Origin: Amoebophrya sp. A120
Lineage: Eukaryota > Protista > Dinoflagellata
NCBI GenBank assembly: GCA_905178155.1
Contig: CAJINV010000012.1
Location: forward strand, 1,182,492 to 1,246,491
Length of the DNA: 64,000 bases
Direction of reading: 5' to 3'
Below are positions 47,001 to 56,000 of this stretch, one piece after another (within the stretch, counting starts at the first letter, position 1; each line of letters opens with the position of its first letter). Below the pieces are notes generated by a model. That model saw only the letters and a program-made list of their open reading frames with translations. It did no database searches and had not been told where the DNA came from. Both the position numbers and the translations under genes were made by a program.

Positions 47001-50000
47001 CCAAAAAAGTTCTTGTCAGGAGAGGAGGGATGGGTGGAAACTGCTACTACTTACTTATTCGCCGGCGGGACCCGCAGGTCGAAACCCCACCGCCGGTGTA
47101 CTTTGATGAATGCATCCAGATGAAGTAAAAACTAACGATGCCACCGTGCGGCCGGGGGGACATGAAGTGAATACTTTTCCGCGACGTGTTCGGCAGTTGA
47201 CCGCCCACACCCTTCGCGCCGCTGGTGCATCAAGACAGAGTGCTGCGACTCGGCGCCCTGCGACGCCGGGTGGATTTGGCGAAGAAGGGAAACCAAAAAC
47301 GGCACTGCAAACCACCACCAAACCGGTCCCGGCTCCTTTCCGGCGGCGAGCAGCCGGAGCTCCTCGCGGTACGACTCCCTGAAGCTCAGCGACAAGTCGT
47401 CCAACTCCTGCTCCGCCCGGTCTATCCCGAGCAGCAGCTGTGCCATCTGGCGTGGGCGGAGGTCGGACCTCTGTACGCCTCCGGACGAGTCGACCTCGCC
47501 GAGCAAAAAAACCAACAGGTACGGAAAGCTCCGCAGCTGCAAAGTTCGGCCGCTGAAAATGGTCTTGCAGGCCAGAAGGAACAGCATGGTCGCGCGGCGA
47601 ATGGGGGCGTTTCGGATCAAGTCCTGATTTTGCTCCATCAACAACATCCACTCGGCGCCCGCAAGTGCTCGTGGCGCCATGCGAACGAGGTCCGTGGCCT
47701 TGACCGCACTAGACAGTGCCGCCCCGAACTTGCAAACCCGCGCACTCTGCCACTGAACAAAGGCCACAACAGGTGCAAGGGCCCGGGCCGCTATCCAGAA
47801 AAACTCCGAGGCAGTAGCCTTGATGCCACGGCCGCTGTGGGCGCCATCCTGTTCCGCCTTCCGCTCCGGGCTGGTTTTGTATGTGTTGAACATGGAGGAC
47901 ACGACGTCGCGATTGGCCTGCAGGTACTGCAAAAAAGGGTCCAAGCTCATCCACCTTGTTTTCACCCACTGCTGTGGAACCGGCTGCGGAAGCCGCGCAT
48001 GCTCCACGAACCATTTTCGTGTCCGGAGGCACATCTGGATGGAGGATAGGGCCGCGACGAATTCGCTGTACAATGCGGCGCCAAGCGTGATCAAAGACCC
48101 CGCCAGCAGGTCGTACTGATGGAGCTGGCACACGAGAATAACCATCAGGAACGGCAGGAGGCACTCCGCGTTGGCGCGGAACGGATGCTTGATCGAACTG
48201 GACGGCATCACCGCGGAGCTACTGGAGCTTGTAAAAGACGAGGACGCAGCCGGCGCACTCGCGTTGCCAGCGAGAAAAGCTCCCCCGCCCAGCTGGGCCG
48301 GGCTGTTCCAAAGTGTTGCGCCGCACGCCGCCGTCACCGCGCGGCAGAGTTGATAAAGACGGCTGCCGGCAAGAAGTACATCGCTGGCACTGTCGGTGAC
48401 CCAGATGATGACGCTCACATGGTAGCCGAGGCCGGCACAAGAACCAGGGAGGTGCAGATGCTTGAGCGCCCGGTAGACATCCTGGACCGCGTTCTCACTT
48501 CCACCGGACACCACGAAGGGCTTTGGAACAACCCGCCTGGAATATGACCGCGTGTTTTCCGCTCCCGAAGGTCCCCCGTTTGTTGTGGTGTACAGCAGAA
48601 CACACTCCACGTTCAGCAGCTTCTTGTAAGTGAAACAGGTCGCGTCCGGAGAAATGCGGGTGAAGATGCAGGCAACTGATTTTGTTTATGGCCAGGAGTT
48701 CATTTGTTACTTCTAATCGCCAAACCGACTAGCTGGGGCTGCAACGATAAAAAAGTCCTCCCACCCCTAGCTCGCCGCCAACAAGACCAGGCGCAACAAG
48801 CTCACTACTGTGTGTCATCATCACCATTGATTTATTTCGAGAGGGCAGACGCTCACGATGATACCGCAACGAATATTGACGGCTGGGAACTCGAAGACGA
48901 GATCCGGTGGCGCTACGGGGTTGGCCCGAGGAAAAACCGGCCGAGTTGCTGGTGGGAAAACCGACGACGAAGATGCCGATGACGATGAGGAAGGTGGCAG
49001 AGAAGCAACATTTCCGCCACGGTCCAGCGACGCTGCGAAGCCCCCCACGAGCGAGAGGAGTGATATCCCAACCAAAATCCCCACAAACATCGCACAGCAG
49101 CAGCTGCGCATAGTTACCCCTGCAGCTGCTGCTGCTCCACAAACAAGCCTCCTCAGGGTCTTCGCCCCGCCTGACAGTAAAAGCCTTCATGGCGCCCTGT
49201 CAGGAGGCGCTACGCATGACAAAAACAGAGTGCGTGGCCCGATCATGCCTGCTACCTCGAGCAGCTGCGGTGCCATGTTTGTGGGGATTTTTGGACAAGA
49301 TAGAATCCGTGATGAACTGCCGGTAGAAGGCGGAGGCCTCAAGCTCGTCCCGCAAAAGCAAAAGTCCCGCGACCTCTCGCTGTGCGCGAAGAATGAACAT
49401 CTTGGCCCGCGATTCGTTTTTCTGAGCATCCGCGCGCAGCAGTTTCGCCGCCTCCTCGTACTGGCTACTCGACAGGCTCTCATCCAAAACCGTCTGGCCG
49501 CGATGTCCGGTGATGGCGACAAACCTGTTTTTACCATGGGGAAACTGGGGCGCAGGACCGGTAGCTCGGTCATCCTGCCGAGCAGTTTGACAAAGGTGGT
49601 GGCAGCACTGTTTTCAGGATCACGAGCACAAACGCGAATGTCTTATCATCATCATCTTCATGTACCCGCCCTCACCCATCGCAGCTGCTGCTTTCACCTC
49701 AGCCTCGAAATCATCCGCGCCGGCCCCGTCGCCGCGGGCACTATTTGACACGGGGCGGACGTTCCTCTTTTTCCGCGAGTTCTGGCCGGTGAGAAACGTT
49801 TCCAGCAACCTTGCCCGCGTCATCGAACTGCCTGCTTGCGTTGCGACAGCCCACTGAAGGTATACCGCCCCGTCAGCTTTGAGCGTGTCCATCATCTCCT
49901 GGACCTCCTGAACGAGGGCGTCGCGGTCGTAGGCCCAATGCTTCTTCCGCTGCCTTGGCGGCGGGGGAGCCTCGTTGCCTGGTAGGAGGGGGGAGTCCTG

Positions 50001-53000
50001 ATCTTGCTGCCCATTCTCGAACCACGCGTCGCCGCGCGGGCTTACTTCAAGGAGCTCGGCTTCTGCTGGAGCAGCTGGTTGCTCCGGAGGAGCCGGAGGT
50101 TGTGCGACCAGTTCGCTGACGGTGTCGTACCGGTGGAGGATGAATTTTTTTACCGACTGCTGGATGCGGGTGAAATGTAGCTTCGTGGACCCCCATTCCT
50201 CGTTCAGCACCTTTCGGAACTGTGACACAGACACAGTTGCTTTGTTCCGCCGCTTTTTCAGCGCATCGCCGTGTTGCTCAGCGAAGTTGTTCAAGAAAAA
50301 AACGGCTTCTGCTGGTGTCGTTAGTGTTGCGCGTTGCAGCTCGTCGTCCAGGCTGCTTTGATCGAGCGCAGACATGGCCAGAAGCCTCTCCCTCAATGGG
50401 GCTACGCTCCGGGCACCAAACTACGGCAAGCCGGCATCTCGGGAGGTTGAAGTTATTGGAGACGACTCCACGGACATACTTGAACTTGTTGTGCGAAGAT
50501 GCAGCTGCAATTGGCGACAGTGAAAGCATCTGCGCCAAGGGCCTGAGCGGGAGACGGTCAAGACAGTGGCTAACCGAAATAAAAAACCACGGCCGCCAAA
50601 AACCGGCACTGTTAGGAGATCTGTGCAAAGACCCCTCGCAAGATCGCATCGTGATCGATTGGAACCTTGTGAAGCCCGGAAAAGAACATCGACTCCGAAC
50701 TGATCAGAGATTGCACAAGCAGCTCGCTGACATGAGCCACCGCACGCCACCTACTATTCTTTCAACACTGAGCGGCAGAGGGGATTCGGGCTGCCGATCA
50801 ACATTAACTCCATGCTCGCACGCAGTTGCTCACATTCGCTCCGCAATCCCAATCCAGACCCCGTGTGCGCGTCACGGACGTGCGTATGCGGTCGGCCGTT
50901 CGGGTTCGCTCACCCGTTTGGAAGTTCGCCTATCCCATGCGAAACCCGCGTCATCCCCTGCACGACCGCCCGAAAGGTTACGGTTTTGGTCCGGACCGTA
51001 ACCATTCACCACCGGGTGGAAACGCCGCCGCGTGCACCACTAGCTAGTTAGCATTCCATTCAGTTAACTACATGATGTCCATAGCAAAAACCTTACCATT
51101 CAGGTGCTCGGTAGGAGTGTTCTGGCGGCCGGGCGAAGAGGGGCAGGGCGGCGACTCGAGAATGCGGCTTGCGAATGCAATTTTGAAAAATGTTTTTTTC
51201 ATTTTTGAACGAAAAAATCGAAAAACGAAAATGCGCGTTTGGTATTTTGTGACAGCATATAAAAGTTGGCAACCAATTATACGAATACCCTGCGAATCCT
51301 TGAACACGGGGTCGTCGGCGCAAACCGTCGTCTCGTGCTGTTTCAGCATCGCAGCTTCGGCGACGTCCTCGTCTTTGATGGGCACGGGCGCTGCTTTCCC
51401 ACCGCCACTCGAGGAAGCCGCCTCCGAGGTGGCCGGTGGCGGGGCGGGGCTGCTGTGTTCTTCCACTAACTTCCCCACAAACGCCTTCTCGGCGCCCAAC
51501 GCGTGTTCCACTTGCGCCAATGCGGCCTTCTCCGTAGCCTCTACCTTCTGGACGACCGCCGCGATGTTGCTGGAAAGATCGCTTTTCTTCGGGTCGACAG
51601 GACTGTTCGGCGCCGAGGCCGGCTCGCTTTCGGAAGCGGCAGCGGTCGCCCCAGGAGTAGTTGCGGGCTCCAGCGCTGCAGTAGCATCAATCACTGGTGG
51701 CGCCGCAGAAGTTCTTACAACAGCGGCACTACTAGCGCTTGTTGTTTCTTCGGCTGTTTGTGCAGCCGCGGCCGCCGGCGCAGCGGCTGCTTGTTCCACC
51801 TCGGCAGATTTCGCTAGTCCAACAACCGGCACAGGAGCTGGTGCTGCTTCTTGCGCTAGTACAACGACCGGCGCGGAAGTCGTGGCTACAGCTTCGGCGG
51901 AGGAAGATGTTGGTCCAGCTGCTACAGTGGCTGCTCCCGCTGCTTCCACAGCGGGTGCTTCCGCAGCGGGTGCTTCCGCGGCCCGAGTAGCGCTGGAAGT
52001 GACTGCCGGCGCTCCGGCTTGTTCGCCTGGTTGGAGTTCCTGAGAAACTGCAGAAGATGAACTACCTTCTGTTATAACGGGAAGAACATGAGGACTTCGA
52101 CCCGCCCCGGCTGCGGCCTCTTGCTCCGCCGTCGTGACAGCCGGTGCTGGTGGCGCGGCCGTCACGACGGCTGCTACTGCTTCTGCTGCACCTGGACTCG
52201 TCGCGTCCGCTGCCGGCGCAGGAGCTGTTGTAGTAGCAGTAGCAGTTTCAGGTGCAGCAGCAGCCGCGGACGTCGTCACAACTTCGGTTTTATTTTCCTC
52301 GGTAGGTGGTGATGTTGCAGCACCAGGTGCTTCCTTTTGGTCCTCGGTCGTTTTCGCGACGGGTTGCTGCTCCTCCGACACCAACAGGCCAGTGTCTTCC
52401 GATGTGGTTGGCTTCGTAGTACTTGCCGGCGTTTCCGTCTCCAGTGTCGAATCTTCACCAACTGCCTTCCGCGACACTAGTTATGCCTTGCAAATATGTC
52501 TGGGTCTGGAAACTTGTCATGCAACAAAGGGAATACTAGTGAGCACACTGTAATGCGCTGCCAAGCATGACAAGATTTTCCGTGGTTCTGAGTTGCGTAC
52601 TTCGCATGAGAAACTGCGTTTTTGAAACACAGTTTTGAGGAGCTGTGCGCGACCACGCAATACAGAGTTTAGAGTCATGCCAGACTAGCATGACAAATCT
52701 CGCCCATCTCCCAGACCCAGACATATTTGCAGTTGATACTAGCGGTAGCTCCGCGAAGGAAGACACGGCGCCGGCGGTGGTGTCTGGTGCCCTTGCACGA
52801 TCTGTGGCGGCGTTCGGTGCCCCGGGTTTTGCGTTTTGTACGTGTTGCTGCGTTATGCTGTGCAAAAGTATCGTACTCGTAGTAATTGCAATCATGCATT
52901 ACTTTTTCTTAAGGTAAATCAGCAATACAAATTTCGTTTCATCCCATCCTGAGGAAATTTGTAATGCATTTATACGAGTACGATGCTTTTGCATTGCATA

Positions 53001-56000
53001 TGCGTCGCTGGGAAAGCTGGAGATGTGGCTCCTTGCGGCGACCATTGTTCCGGCGTTGTGACGCCGACCGCTGTAGGAGGGGTACTTCTAGTACTTCCGG
53101 GCTGCAAAAGCACCTTGCCAGACCTCTCGTTCTTCGCAACGTCACCCTCTTGTTTCGTATTCGTATCTAGTTCTGACAGTAGTTGTGGTGCACCGTCGCC
53201 AGGTTGTGCAAGAACATGAGTCCTACCTGTTTCATCCTGGTGTCCAGCCGCTGGAGACGGCGCGGGGTTTTGTGAAGATAGCCCTTCTTGTGCAGCACCA
53301 CTGGCGGCGGCGGGGTCCACTAAAGCTCCTGCACTCAAAGGCCCGCTTCCAGACATCGTTTTCTGCTGCAAGTCTGCAGCTGTTCCCGAATGGTCTCCCA
53401 CGCTCGACACATCTGCATCTGTACTCTTCGTAGCACTCACCCGTTTCGCGGATATCAGCGGCCCGAGCGCTGTATCAAATGCAAATATGTTGTCTGGGTC
53501 TGGAATGGTAGTTGAACCTGTTGTATTGCGTGTTTCGCATATCTAAAAAATCTGTATTGCACAAGCAGCAAATAAAGTGCCACACTTTCGCTATGCAAAA
53601 GTGCAGTCTGTAATGCCCTCTGCGCATGGGATTTGTCATGCTACACTGCACTTAAAGGCGCAGTCAATCATGACCATTCAGCATTACAAGTTTCCAGACC
53701 CAGACATAAGTATTTGCATTTGATACGCTGCCGCGACGTGTGTCTGCACCGCGGTTCTCCCTGCCACCCCGATTGGCTGCGCGATCTCTTTATCCTGTGC
53801 AAAAGTATCGTACTCGTACTAATCGCTTTTATGCATGACAAATTTTTTTCCTGAGTGAAATCCGCATTACAAATTTCATTTGTAATGCTAAGTCAATTTG
53901 CGTTGCAATTTATACTAGTACGATGCTTTTGCAGTTCATACTCTTGCATCAAAGGCAAATGTGTCAACATCTGGGGCGGGAAAAGAAGTGGAATTTCTAC
54001 CTGCTTTTTTGCCGCGTGCCGTATTGAATTTCTGTAGTAGAATCTGTTACAGTACTACATGACCAAGAACAGCGAATACGCACTACGATGTCCAATTCGG
54101 CTATTAAGTCCACTGGCCGTCTCATGCCTGGCTGCATTTGTCTAGAAATTGCCTCATCTGACTCACCAGGACCAGCCACAGCGACAGCGCAGCACCACAA
54201 GTATTCCCACGCAGAGGACCTCCCAGACATCTTCACATTTTCGATGCATATCGTGACCGGTGGACTGCTATGCACTGCAAATTAGTATGCCTCGGTCTGG
54301 AAGAGTCGGGGGCTGTCATGCACATTTTGCATCACCCGTGAGGTCTGTGATGCTGGTGCTAGCATGAGAGACTTTTCGAGGGCTTCTTGATGCTAGTTAC
54401 GCATGAGAAATGCCCTCGCCGCGTGCCAAGAACTGACTCCTCTTGCTGCTCATGCAACACAGATATTTTTAGAATCCAAAAACAGCATGACAAGTTGGAT
54501 CCTTCCAGACCCAGACGTACTTGCATTTGGTAACTGCAACGTTGCTTCGTGGGCGTGCTCGTAGTGGTGCTTGTCCCGCTTTTCGTGGTGGTTTTTCCGC
54601 GGGAGGGACGGATCGCCCCCGTGGGCCGTGTGCTTCAGCGGAAAGCTGACCGAAACGCCCACCGGTCGATCAGGTAGGTGCCCGTATCAACTGTAAAAAT
54701 GTCTGGGTCTGGAAGAATTCATGTTTGTCATGCTTGTCTGGCATGACTCTTAAATCTGTCATGCCCGTTACCCAAGAGCTGCGCTTTTGTGTGATGCAGA
54801 AGCGCAGTTTGTCATGCAGAGTAGGCAACACCTAGGAGCTCAGAAAGTTGTCATGCTGAGCCAGCATTTGTAGCCTCATCATGAGACGCTGCCCAGCATC
54901 ACAAGTTCCCAGACCCAGACATTTTTACATTTCCTAGCCCGTCCGCGGAAACGAAAAATACCGACTGGAAAAAATGGCTTTGGAGCCAAAGGAGCACAGA
55001 CACGAATAAAAGAACCGGGGGCGAACTGCCCGCAGCTAGAGGTGGCCTCATTTTTCTCTCTCTCTTTGGACAGACACAGATCAGACGACGACGCTGCGTC
55101 ATTTACAGCTCGGCGTCGTGGTGTTGACCTTGACCAGGGCAGTTTGCATTTTCTTGAAGCAGTTCCTTGTCGCAAGAAACGAACCAAGTAGTAAGAAAGA
55201 GTAGCTTAAAAAGGGCGGCATGATAGATAAACAAGAACGTGACAACTACATCACTCCTCCTCTCGACGGCGAAGTACTTGGACAAAAAGCGTTGCTTCGA
55301 ACACAAGTCCAGTAAACTTGAAACGCCAGGCTGCACTGCGCAGGTACGAGGACCTTCGGCACAGTGCTATCTTCGCCGCACTGCATTGGAATTTCACCCT
55401 CGCTCGGGGGGACCACGAAAGAAACGCTTTCTTGTGTTGAAGTATCTCTTGCAAGAGATGAGGTCGTGATGGGTTCTTCGGGTTTGTTGATAAGATAAGG
55501 TGTCGGCCTTTCTTTCAACCCGGTCTTCTGTGGGTTGGGTGGGGAGTTGGGTTTGGGGCTACCTATGCTTCGGTCTACTTCCAGGGGTGATCATGTTTGG
55601 GGCTACCTACTTATGTTCCTGTACCGCTTTTGTCAAAATAAATCGAAACTGCTGGGTTGGTAGTGTTGGGTTGGTGCTGGTGCTAGGTTAGTTTTGCTAG
55701 GTTGGTGATGCTAGGTTGGTGGTGCTAGGTTGGTGATGCTAGGTTGATTGGTGGTGCTAGGTTGGTGGTGCTAGGTTGGTGATGATAGGTTCATGAAACT
55801 GAGTTAATGATGCTGGGTTGGTGGTGCTCGTGGTTTTATTAAAGGTTTAAAACATCAAAAGGCCTCAATATCGCAATGCAAAGAATTGGCGCCAGGACCT
55901 TTTCGTCAGCCGTGGCTATTCGAAAGAAAATCATCTTGGCGCGTATTTACGTTGCAAAGCAAAGAGCGAGCAAAATGAAAGAAAGGTGAAGAAACTCGAA

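Larger units (their letters stand above)
36418..51050. mobile_element. 14.6-kb TIR element encoding a hAT-like transposase, a tyrosine recombinase and cargo genes
   Basis: Perfect 89-bp inverted repeats at 36418-36506 and 50962-51050 (TAACTAGCTAGTGGTGCACGCGG...GGGCGGTCGT). The exact ends are ambiguous because the terminal ACTAGCTAGT is palindromic: either a TA TSD, or an 8-bp TSD CTAGCTAG with element 36429-51039. Confidence 0.93.
36209..51259. mobile_element. Outer hAT-like element (about 420-430 bp if empty) split by a central 14.6-kb insert
   Basis: Perfect 40-bp TIRs TATGCTGTCACAAAATACCAAACGCGCATTTTCGTTTTTC (36209-36248 and 51220-51259); perfect 8-bp TSD TAAAAGTT (36201-36208 and 51260-51267). 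Confidence 0.93.

Noticed and set aside
47225-49748. Plus-strand ORFs 47225-48049 and 48858-49748
   Set aside because: Antisense shadows of the transposase exons with no motifs.
36418-51050. Polinton/Maverick, virophage or DIRS identity for the 14.6-kb element
   Set aside because: No recognisable pPolB, packaging ATPase, capsid, protease or reverse transcriptase motifs; the DDE protein has hAT-type motifs.
51072-52553. Plus-strand Ala/Ser-rich ORFs
   Set aside because: Antisense shadows of the Ala/Thr-rich minus-strand exon.
55655-55830. Telomere-like GT-rich repeat
   Set aside because: The unit is 14 bp, not TTAGGG/TTTAGGG, and it is internal; treated as a minisatellite.
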